In this document: positions 12,632 to 24,344 of the stretch, piece after piece
How the letters are laid out: each line of letters begins with the position of its first letter
Numbering within the stretch: position 1 is the first letter of the stretch
The notes under the pieces: model-generated
The model's database searches: none
Told to the model about the DNA's origin: nothing
What the model saw: the letters and a program-made list of their open reading frames with translations, nothing else
Translations under genes and position numbers: made by a program
From: Enoplolaimus lenunculus
Lineage: Eukaryota
Direction: 5' to 3'
DNA: 64,000 nt
Assembly: GCA_030248215.1 (NCBI GenBank)
Contig: JASANG010001107.1
Span: 310,001 to 374,000, forward strand

Positions 12632-15600
12632 ATGCATGCCTTGCAAGTACAATTAAAAGTTTCTTTGCGACGTTCACACTTTTCACAAAGTGGGCACTTT
12701 TATGACAACCGCTTTCACTGCAGGCAGACTCTCATGTTTGATTGGCTAAAAATAATGTCAAATGAACCCACTGCCTAGTGAGGATAGCGTCATATATAAT
12801 TGGCTCTGAGATTGCGGTAATGGAGTATACCACTAAAGCTGCTGAAGTGCTCTAGTTGTCCTACTGTACGAATTTAAATTTGTCTTTTAGAGACACTGTA
12901 CTTTTATCATTGAACGATTCTAAACCATTTAAGAATATATTAAACGACGAGTACCTATTATAATAGCTTTTCTGGTTAGTACCTCCACACAAATTCCATT
13001 CCCTCGCTTCGCCACTGAATAACGAAACATAACAAACTAAACTTTTTTCATTTTAGGTGACTGGATCGTATCAGATCGATTCCGATGCAGAAGCTGCATA
13101 ATCATATTAATACCTGCAACCCTCCAATTTACGTGAAGGTTCAATAACTTTTTCTATATTTTTAGTCCTTCGCAAAGCTCTGGACGACCATATATATTGG
13201 CTTTCCGGATATATACACGATTTTCACCAGCAAAACTGTGGTAAGTGAATTTAATTTACCTTTTTAGTGTTCAATTAGGTTATTTTCGAAAAATATTATT
13301 TTCTAATGATATGTTTTAGAAAGATCATTATGGCGGCCAATATTACATTGAGTAGAGTAACAGCAGTGTAAGCATACTTGTATGACTAAACCTAAACCTA
13401 AGGCCTGAACAAAAAATAGTCTAAAGCTTAAGCTTACTTTAATGCTCATTACAGACTAGCGAAAAATTGGTTCGCCCGCAAAATAAAGGATCATTAGTAC
13501 AACTATATTCACTCATCAGCCAAGACTGTAATAATGGATTATTCATTTTTATCCGTTTGGATTCTTTGAGGTTGTAAATTTTACTTAGCTGCAACTTTTG
13601 CATACATATTTTAAATAAAAACACTAGAAAGTATTGTTTTAAACTGTAAGACGTACGATAAATTCGATTTTAATCAGAGCAGTTAATATTTATAGCATTT
13701 ATCGACAATAATGAAGTTTCATAGACTGAGGTACGCTGATTGTGATGATAAACAGGTTAAGCAGTCGATGCGTAGGTAAATTTATTAAATATATAACTAT
13801 TACCTGCGGCACCACTACTTAACACTTTTATCTCGTTTTACATCTGGACTTTTACTGGCGGTGAGGTTTGTTCAAATATGGATAATTTGAATAGTTTTTC
13901 ATTATCGAACCCTTTCTGGCCAACATTTTGTACCGTAAATTTATTTTAAATTTAGTTAAAAAATAAATAGTTTCTTTGCTAATATTTTGATAACGAAAAT
14001 CTGAAACATAAGATGGCGGAGGTACGAAATCTGCAACCACAAGGAACTGAGCAAAAAGTAGTCTATCCTATAGATCTCAACGAGCTGAGTTAAACGGTAC
14101 CACATTTATGTTTGCAAGGGCGTTCAATAGTTATGGTCCTCGAAATTATAGTGCAAACAAAGGCAGTTTTGAAAAGGAATTATTCACATTTTTGTAAAGA
14201 ATAAACTTTACCAAGTATACTCGTCATTAAATTCCTGGGGGGTCCATGTGTACCTCTGCGCATTGAATGAAGGATGTATTAAACAAGACAAGGTTTCGGA
14301 ACATAGAAACCATTTGGCAAGCAGTTGACAAAAATGAAACAAAAATGTGTTTTCCTCCTGGTGTTTACCGTATATCTTAACCTCTATTCGTTTTTTGCAT
14401 TTTGGCAATAATTGCACTCTCTAGCGTTTTAGGGTTGTGAGTCGGCGTTGGCCCGCAATCCATTAGATTTCGAAAATTTTTTGCATATTATTTGAAGTTT
14501 TCCTTAACACAATTTTTAAGGTCCACAGACGTCTGTCTGATTGTGGAAAATTTAACATCATTCGACTCATATCTCTGTGCTGCACCAAGTAGTATATAAT
14601 TTGTCTAACTTTTTACAACGAAGGGTGGACTTTTGGGCCTTAAAAATCAAATTTTTCAAAAATTCAAATTTGGGCGTAGAATGATTAGGGGAAGCCGTGC
14701 AAAGCCTAAATATGCAAAAAATTTCAAAATCCAACCATTTTTGGGCAAACATCGGCTGATGGGGTAACAAAACGGACCCATGTTTTTTACCAAAATTTAA
14801 TAAACCGTGGCAAAAATTAATATATCTTTGACATCGGACATTGGCACAAAACTGTTCATCTTTGCAACCGGATCTAATATACACGAATTAACAAATTAAA
14901 TTAACATGCGAACGAAACCGTAAAACAAAAAGTACTGCAGGGTTTTCAGGAATGAAAACTTTTAGGGATGCAAATTTGTATCAATGTTGACAAGTATATT
15001 TTATATTAACAAAACAAATTAACAAACATGAAAATATAAATTAAAAAAATATTTGCGAACTAAAATTTGAAACGTAGTTGAAACGGAAACTGGCGGTTGT
15101 TCGGCTCAAATCTGCTCAAATCTCGATATTATTGTACCATTCAAGTATATATAAAACAATGTTTACTCATCTGGTGCTTGAAAATTGGATAATTCTGTTA
15201 AATCAATATATATGCCGTTTATTTTGTTTATACCGTTAGTATTAAATACAGCGTAAATAAAACGCTATGTTCCCTGTATGCCAGGACTACAACAAAATCG
15301 CTTTTACAATACAGTAATTTGGACAGAACTGAACCAATCGATATTGGGATGGCCTGTGGTTCGTCTGCAAATCTACTGATACGAAGCAATAAGCGTAACA
15401 CAACTTCAACTATTGATTTTGTCTATTTTAATTCTAGATTTTATGCTTTTGTACACTTCATCAGCATTTAAGCCGTTTTCTCCAACCTAAGCAAAAGCTT
15501 ATGCCTAAGCCTGCTGGGAAAGATGTAGCTAGCAACATCTTTTTACCATGATATTGACTCCAGTATAAAAGTGTAGGCAAATAGTTTAGCTTAGGTTTAA

Positions 15601-17002
15601 GAGTCATCGGTTGTGTATGCAGTGGCTCCATCAGGTGTGCCAAAAACTCGTCTTGCTGTAAAGTTTCATTAACTATTATGTCATGTGCACTCAGTGTTTG
15701 TATATACGGAACTTTTAGATACGAGGAAATAAATTATATGGCTTCCACGAAACCCTATGTCTCCGTCTTTGTCATTGCGTAAAAGGAATGTAGCAGTTTA
15801 TGTTTCTTTCATTAGTATCCACCGATTGGATTCTAAATATATTTTGTCTGGGTCTTGTATAAATACTTTTCCAATATTGAAGATGGCTCATGTTAGTATA
15901 AGGGGCGTCCAGGTTTCCGGTAGTGAAACCAGCGTCGTTACACTTTTATGACTTAAAATATCTCGTAAATTTATATTTAAAATTTGCCGTTTTTAAGTTT
16001 TAAATTTATAAAAATAATCAGTTCGATTAGCATAGGAATTGTATACAAAATCATAGTTCAATTCAAATACTTGATCGAAGTTTACTTCACCAAAACAGCT
16101 TTGTTTATTAATCTATTTCGTTTATTAACGATAATTTGTTTTGCTCAGTGTAGTGTTTTACGGCATTAATGAAATACAAACTCATACTGCGCTTTCTCCG
16201 ATTTCGAATTCAATACAAATCTATAGTGTCCGCTGTCAGTACACCTAAAAATTTCGCCTGGGAAGCTATTTTTTGCTTAAACTGTAATACAAAAATAGCA
16301 AGGTAGCGGTAAATATTGTAGATCTGGTGATCGACTTACGCCACTGAGATCGACAATGCTATTCTTTTGTATTGAGTTTAAGCACGAACCATGCTTGTTC
16401 TATCACTGTGTTGCCCTTTATTTCAACTCCTGGATACCAAGACGTGTATGGCTTTGTATATTTCGAAAACTAACCAATTAAAACAAAAACTTTGTGTTAG
16501 TTTGTTATACATTTCATAAAAAAACTACGTCTGGCATCTCAATCACTTGACATGCGAGGCTCATTTTTCTTATGATCTCTAAGTTCAGGTTGCGAATGAC
16601 CGGACGTCTCACCGTACTGACACTCACAAAACCAAAGTTTTGTATTGGTAATTATCACTAAAATGGCGTTTCGTTTCTATGACTAAATTTATGGCAACAA
16701 AATCAAAACCCGACGATGTTGTGTCAACTGGAGAAGTTGAATGCACTGGCAGATTATTGACATCCGCAATTGTCGCTGTTATTTTTCCGGTAAGCGAAAC
16801 ACTTGAATCCGAGTGGGCCATGCTACTTTTAGGGTTGTCTTGTTTCTGGTGAGACTGTAAAACACTAGGTTTCAATTTTAGACTATACTTTTTACTTAGG
16901 CTTAGGTTTATGTATACTTTTTTACGCTTAACCTTGGGCTTAGGAATATGCCTAATCTACTAACACAGGCTAAAGAACAGCAGCACCTCCTTATGTTTCA
17001 TG

Positions 17003-17714
17003 TATACAATCGCACCGGATATCCGGATATACGGATATCCGTACATAAAAAATATGCGGATATGTATCCGAAAACAAATATGTATCCGGAAATTCGGATG
17101 TCCGGATTAGCCGCCGGATATCCGAAATGCTATTGTGTAAATTTATTAATAATTTGCGTTGTTTCACCACTAAAGTAGCTGGACCTAACGAAAAGAAATT
17201 ATGTATTAAAGTCTAAGCCAGAATATTGCACTAAAATCTTGATAATTTTTGTGAGTAGGTTTGTTTTTTTGGCGTATATCATTTGTAAAATTTAGAGTTA
17301 ATAGTTGCAGTCAGAAAAGTTTATTGAACCTATTTCTTTTCTTACATCTTGCTGTATAGTCATAAGTTTGGTCCTAAACAGTTGCATTCGTTTGATGGAA
17401 AAAGAGCTTCTTAATTGTCTTAGTTTTTGTTTTGAATCAAAATAATTCAAAATTTAATAGTATTAAATTAGAAGCGCTAATTCGTTTATACAACGCAAAA
17501 AATGACGCAGTTACAATTTTTTCACTCAAAAAATTTCTTGGTCAAAAATTACGGTCCATAAAACATTCGCCAACACACTTTCCCTTAAGAAACAAAAATT
17601 GAGGTTCGAAAACCCAAAAACACAAAATCGCGTTTCAGATATCCGAAATAGAAAATTTAATTTCGGATACTTGTATATATTCAGATATGAAAAAATATCC
17701 GATGCCCATCACTG
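17003..17714. mobile_element. hAT-like non-autonomous element with ggatatcc subterminal repeats
   Basis: gtttcatg duplicated at both flanks; right end atccgatgcccatcactg; left TIR degenerate. Confidence 0.6.
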
Positions 17715-20329
17715 GTTTCATGTTTATATGAACAGAGATAAAATTTGTGCATGGTTTCCAATATATCTTTTTCTTTATGCTTAGAAATGTGCCTGTATTT
17801 TAATACTGCTACGGTCTTAAAACTAATATTGACTGCCATAATTTCAGCCATTGGGCGTCTGTTGTTATCGATATTTTCAATGCTGTAACGCAGACACGAT
17901 GATGACGTTGCTGTTGACATTGTTGGGATATGTTCCTGGACTTGTATATGCGATGTTTATCATTTGCACAAATCAATGACAATGCCAAACTGTTTTCTAC
18001 TCGGATTTGAGTATAATAAAATGAAATAAATTTCAACTACGTTCAACTGCACCTTGGTTTTGCACCAGTATTCTCAAATACGTATAGCGTATATCACGAA
18101 TTGGTAATAGGTTTTCAAATTAATTAACTCCTGCAACTGTTAAATTAAAAAATCTGACACAAAAGCAGGACAAGTCAAATACGAAAATTGTGTTAAATAT
18201 CGAACCTCGCTATTCAAATATTCAAAAAACGACAAGACCTGTCACCAATTGGTGATAAGGAATATGTTTATTTTAATACAATACACGACTTGGTTTGAAT
18301 GAAAAATTAAAACCCCAACAAATGTTTTCAGTGTTAAAGAATGCCATTGCGATGGTCGTTGAAAGTAAGCCCAGAATAGAATATATTCTTACAAGCTTGG
18401 TATTAGCATCAAATCGAATACATTTCCTGAGTTCATTAATGCTATATATAATCGTCAGGGTGCAACGATTTTGCCGCAGCCTGAGATTAACCAATATAGC
18501 CCATGTAAAGATCAGGGGCGGAACGTTTTTCTGTGTGACTAGAACAGCCTAACCTTTATCTTTAGACTATTTTTTGCTTGGCTTACGCTTAGATTTAGGC
18601 TTACGAGTGAACTCATTTTTACGCTTAAGCTTAGGCTTAGGAATAAGCTTATAACACTATTCCTCCCCTGTTCTTCAGTTCTTTACATTAGCCACCAATA
18701 TTATGCATGGCTAAAATGTTGACGGTCCCAATCGAAAATTACCTTCAAGTTGCAAAAAACATCCAAAGATTTTCGGTTAGTGAGTACAAGAGTAACTCGT
18801 TAGCTTGTATATGGCAAAAATATTCCTGAACGCCGTAGGAATGAAAGTGGTACAGAACGTTGCACATTTCCAGGCTGAACTGTTTCAATTTGCCAATTTC
18901 ACAGCGGCGAGAGCTGTGAATAAAAATTTAAGAAAAATAACAAACTTAATGTTTAATTAGCACACAAAAATTGGAGCAAATACAATTGAAAGATGAATAT
19001 ATCATTGTAATTAAGTATACACAAACAGCAAAAACCACGTTTAAAGTTGTTAGTTGTTTATTTATTTGGCAGAGCAATGTACCTGAGAGAAAGGGTTTTA
19101 TACGCCACCTTGACAGTTTTCGAAATTTTCAAATTTTGGCATAACTGAGGCTGAAGATTAATATTAATCGTAGGTCTGTGGAGTAACGTATACAAGGTCC
19201 TTTAATATGTAAACTTCAAAAGTTTGAAATTTTTTCCAATTTTTGTCGAATTGCCGAAATACTCATTTAACTTTCGAAAAAATCAGTTTGAAATTGTACA
19301 GATACAAAGCTGAACAATATTTTCAAACTTAATGTTGCGTTACACATGCGAACAAGTTGCACTGTCAGCCACTATGTGTCAGTTTGGTGCCTGATATCCA
19401 AATAAATCTTGTGCAACTGCCGGATATCCGGACATGAAAAACTGTCGGATGCAAAACAGGTTTCTTGTCACATCTGTACTGAACCTCATTTGACATACTG
19501 AAACATTACACATTACAGAAAACTACAAGTAAAGCATACAAAATTGCAACAACAGTAATATACAAAAAAATATACACGCACAAAGATTACCCATAAAGGA
19601 TAACGAAATAAATATGGTTGTATAAATGGTCTAACGACGACAATTCATCGTCCGATAGCCAGCGTTGGTTTTTCATGATTAATTGAATGAACCGGAAAAA
19701 GCGGTTTTTTTATTTTTTCCTGAAAACGAAGTGTATAGTAGAACGGATGCAACTAGAATTCCGGTTTGATTAGGAAACCATTTATATGTATAGCATACGT
19801 TTCAGCAACGTACGACTGCTAGGGCGATACGAAACACAACTGTATTCACCCTGTGTCCGCCCCTGAGGAGCCGCCGTAGCTTTAGTAAACCGTCGTTGAA
19901 TTTAGATCTTGTAATCATGCGTTTTTCCGGTCTATCCAGAAGTTTAGGAGGCATGTATCCAACTATTCCTCCTGCTGGTGGATCCAATAGGGTAAACGAA
20001 GATTTTGTATTTAAAAGTTATAGCGTTAAAATGGCATTTGTTTTCTTGCTGGCTTCGCTCGCAAGTGCTTCTACTATATCTCGTGGGGTCGTCAATTTTA
20101 GATTTTCCTAGAACCGCCACTGAACCCTCTTCAGTAAATCAGCCTTCGCGATGACCGGAGTGTCAGAAGAACCAAATTTCTTACGGTTTACGCGATGATT
20201 TGTCGGTTTTGCGAGTGATTTACTGAGATTATAATAAGTTTTTTCCGTTGTTTCCGTCTTTTTCCACCTGTTCGGAAAAACAAAAACAAACCGGAAAAAA
20301 ACCGTTTTTCCGGTGGTTTTTGCCGGCGT

Positions 20330-20568
20330 AAATCTCTGCAGACAACACGTCGCCCGACAACACGTAGTCGAATGTTTGGTCGTTCAAAACAATTCGTCGA
20401 CCCGACAACTTGTCGCCTGCCAGTAGGTACGACAAATCGTCGACCCGAGAATTGGCGTCAAGTATAGGTCGGCGAGTAATCGGGATTGACGAGTTGGCGG
20501 GGACCATGAGATACTGGGCGACGAAATGCCTGATGACAAGCTGTCAGGCGACTAATTTTCGTAGATTC
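20330..20568. mobile_element. Palindromic element built from cgac-n-gtcg motifs
   Basis: Repeated cgacaac..gtcgcc motifs on the left are mirrored by ggcgac/gtcggcga motifs on the right; superfamily not assignable. Confidence 0.5.
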
Positions 20569-22795
20569 TATATAAATTCATGTCACAAAATGGTAAAGTC
20601 AGTTTGAAGCCTGCGAGATAACTTTGGAAAAAGCAATGCTTCAATATAAATTTCACAACAGAGAGTCCTAATTTTGTTGATTACGTACAGTGCAGTTGTC
20701 CCCACTGTTTTACAAATTTTGGAATACACCAAACTTCCTCTCTAGTTAAAATTCACGTGCTACTGCCATTGTTACAAAGCTTAAAGAAGTGTCCCGAAGA
20801 CGAAAAGGGAACTGAAACTTATTTTGCCTCCCCAGAGGGCAACCTTCTCTTTCACCACCACGTGTTCGTTGGACCCAATACTCTACTTGTTTCATTCTGT
20901 ATTAGGGGCAGAATTTTGAATGGTTTTGAAACAATTTTGTTGATTGCAATGCCCGTAAATTTTTTCTAGATTAAATAGTTTATGCGGGTTGTCCACTATC
21001 GGATTCAGCGGGAGAGTGTACGCCTTGACGGCACATATTTTTTGTAATAGAATGGTAAGTTTCCTACCTTACTTTTCCCCTCAAAACATTTGCACATATA
21101 TAGCATACAATGAAAATTGAGTTGGTAATGTTTACCAAGCCGCACCCGTCAGAAATTTCATCAGGATTCGCCACTGGGGTTGTATGAGAGTTACATACCT
21201 AAGAGTCTATGTTATTTTTCTGCTTTGGTTTGCATTATGGACTCTAATTAGGTCTTATAGAGTCTACCACCCACTGATGGTATCGAAATAAAGATGCGGA
21301 CTCTTATTGATTGGGTCTCAAAACGATGATCCCGTCTTATTACACCCCTGTTATTCAGGCCTTTCATGATTTTTATCGTCATTTTCAGTTTGTAATTATA
21401 TAGATGTCATCAATAAGCGTCAATGACATGCAAGCAAAGGCGCAGCCAAGTACGTCTTATAGGTCTAACTTTTTCGTTGCGATTCTTGTTCAAACATTTT
21501 TAGGAACTTTTTCAGTGATTATACAAGAATACTGTAGGTTGCCTCATTTTCAATATCATGGCTACGCCGCTACATGCAAGATAATCACGTTGGAATGCAA
21601 TTCAATTGAGAATAAACACAATACTCGTTAAAAAGGCAACACGTAAACAATATATAAACATGTACACAACAGGCTATGAAGCTCAGGAAATATAAAAATG
21701 TAAACAAACTATACTTTACCTGAAAATCAAATATAGTTATCGCGAGCCAAACAACTTTGGACTTTGTGAATTTTAGACCGAATTTTCAATCAGGCACTTT
21801 TTGACTCTTCGCAATTCATATCAGCAACAGCCATACAAAAAATATCGAGTTAAATTTATTTTGATGAAAAATGTAAAAAGTGCTGAGTACAGCTTGTGCT
21901 ATGATGAATCAATGGTATCACAAGCAATCATCGGCACTTGTTTTCTTGTTTTTTATTACTGGTGGGTTGATATACTCTTATGTTTGCACTTATATTCTGA
22001 GCAAATTGTTTCTATAGTTGCCTAATGCGCAAGGCTTCAGCCACTGGCCTGCGATTAAATCTGTGCAGTTATAAATAAAAATATGAACCAACTGGTCTCA
22101 AACAAAATCGACACATTTGTGTGGTGTTTAGCGAACGAAGCTTCGAGTAACGCTTCAGCGAACGGTGAAATTGTAGCCGTACTGTCGGCGCAGCGGGTAG
22201 CAATGTGCCGCTGAGCAAAATAGCCGAAGTTGAACTTACTAATTGGCTGCACGAATCTAACAGACTATACTTCAATGTTTTTACTCGATCCCATTTAGTA
22301 TCCTCTCAATTGTCAAAATGGCTAGAAAAGTTAGTGATAACGAAAAACACACTTTCTAAAATAAACCAAATTAGCCAGCAAGAAAAAGGACTATCGTATG
22401 TCTACAAAGTCGAAAAGCCTGACTGAGCCTATATCTTAAAAATTTCTGTCCTAAAATTTGCAAATAAAATTTTTCCAAAAATATTCTTCCGTATTCAAAG
22501 CACATGTATCATTGATAAGTACCGCGAGCGAAAACACGAGTCACCGCGCTCAGGCGGTAAAACAGCAATAAATAAACCATCGGTATGATACTTGTAACTT
22601 AAATATTATATTATTAGTTCAAACGGTTTGAGACCATACCGAGATACTGGTTTCGCACCTAGTTTGAGCTAAAAGTGGCAACTTTGGTTTCAGTAAATGT
22701 GGGCAATTTTTGTAGCACAAAAAAACTTCACCAAAAAGACACCGCAACAAATATGCCCCGGTACTGAAATCGTCACCCGCGTACGGCGATGTAAA

Positions 22796-24261
22796 TTAAT
22801 TAACATTTAATGGTTCACCTTCGTTCCCTAAGCCGTTTTCTCTAGTAGTATTGATAATGTACAATGGATCACCTGCTGGCCAGTAAGCGTCATCAAACGC
22901 CGTCGCCGCTCCTCCAATTAAACTATTTAAATAATTTAAATCATCACTTGGCGGACTATTATCCTCTGATCCATGTGGCGCAGCATCACTCAAATCACTA
23001 CCATACGCCGAATCTACACAACTTATAGTGGTTCCCTTTGAAGAATTTTGATATCCTCCATTTATAAGTGGGCCAGAAATGATCGTGTCTGAATTAGGCA
23101 AAGGCGACAGCGTTGGCAAACTTGGAAATTCTGGCCTTAACGGAGGGTCGAACTTAAATTCAGGCGAAGTATATTTTTGTTCGTGAGCATAAGCGTCGGC
23201 AGCGTGTAAGGTAAAAGTAGACGTACTCAAATCAGGCTTTGCTTCAGTATAGCGATCGTTGTAGAACAATGAATTGCAACTATTTTGCAGTTCAGAATTA
23301 ATATTGTCAGTATAAGCAGTGCTGAAGAATGAATTTGATTGGCTAATGCTTTGGTTTGATGTTGGCAGTCGTGGCGAATGATATTGCAGTTTTGGTAAAG
23401 CTGGAGTAATTTCATTGGCGGTTGTTGTCGCGAAAGAAGAAGACGTTGTCGCATTTAATTGGGCAAAATTTGGCGAATAATCGTTGTTGAGTGTGTCCGG
23501 AGTACAACAAGTCTGTTGTGTGTTACCAGGCACTGAACTTAAATCTGATTTTGGTACCGGCCGGTTGTCGAAATTAGTATTTAATTCAAAATTTGATTCA
23601 TAACAAATGCCGGATGTGGCTGGATTATGAACCAGATTACACGTTGCTGATTCTGTGACAGCTTCAACTTTTACACTGCGTACGCAGGGTATGCTGGCGT
23701 TCGCTTCACCTATTGGTTGGTAAAAGCTAGCTGAGCTTTGGCCTTCAGATAAGTAGTTATAACCAATTAGCGTGTTGCTAGGTCGTACTTCTGAATATCC
23801 GTTCGGCGAATGAGAATACAACGAATTGTCAAGCTGTGTTGCTATTGGACAACTTAACTGACGGTTTACGAGGTTATTGGGAGAAGCAGTGATATTATTT
23901 TTGGAAACATTACTATTGGGTTGTTCACTCAGACTGTCCTGATTACTGCGTGGAGTGCTGTTGGCCAATTGCGCGGTATTCAAAGTATACTCGTTCGAAA
24001 TATTCGGTAAAGCCATTTGATTAGGGGTGACGGTAAAAGGTTCCACACGGACCTTACCACAGTATCCATAAGAAGTCCACAACTGATGAATTGCGTTACA
24101 ATGAATTGAGCTTAAACTGCGTAGATCGGTAAGTTTCATGAGCAATCGTGCGAATGTTGTTTTATTTATTGGACGATGCTGTTCTATGTAAGCTTGCAAC
24201 GCACCAGTGTACACTTCTTGTATTTCTTCGATCAGTTTAGCGTTTTTAATGCCTGGGCGAT
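22796..24261 (-). CDS. EcR: EcR-like terminal exon (LBD H9-H12 plus long Ser/Thr/Asn/Pro-rich tail)
   Basis: ttttag|[18 protein letters not shown].., uninterrupted 1466-nt frame to TAA. Confidence 0.9.
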
Positions 24262-24280
24262 CTAAAACTAATCAAAGGTA

Positions 24281-24344
<64 letters not shown>

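Noticed and set aside
20229..20607. Overlapping ORFs of 92 and 65 aa
   Set aside because: They arise from a GC-rich palindromic repeat element.
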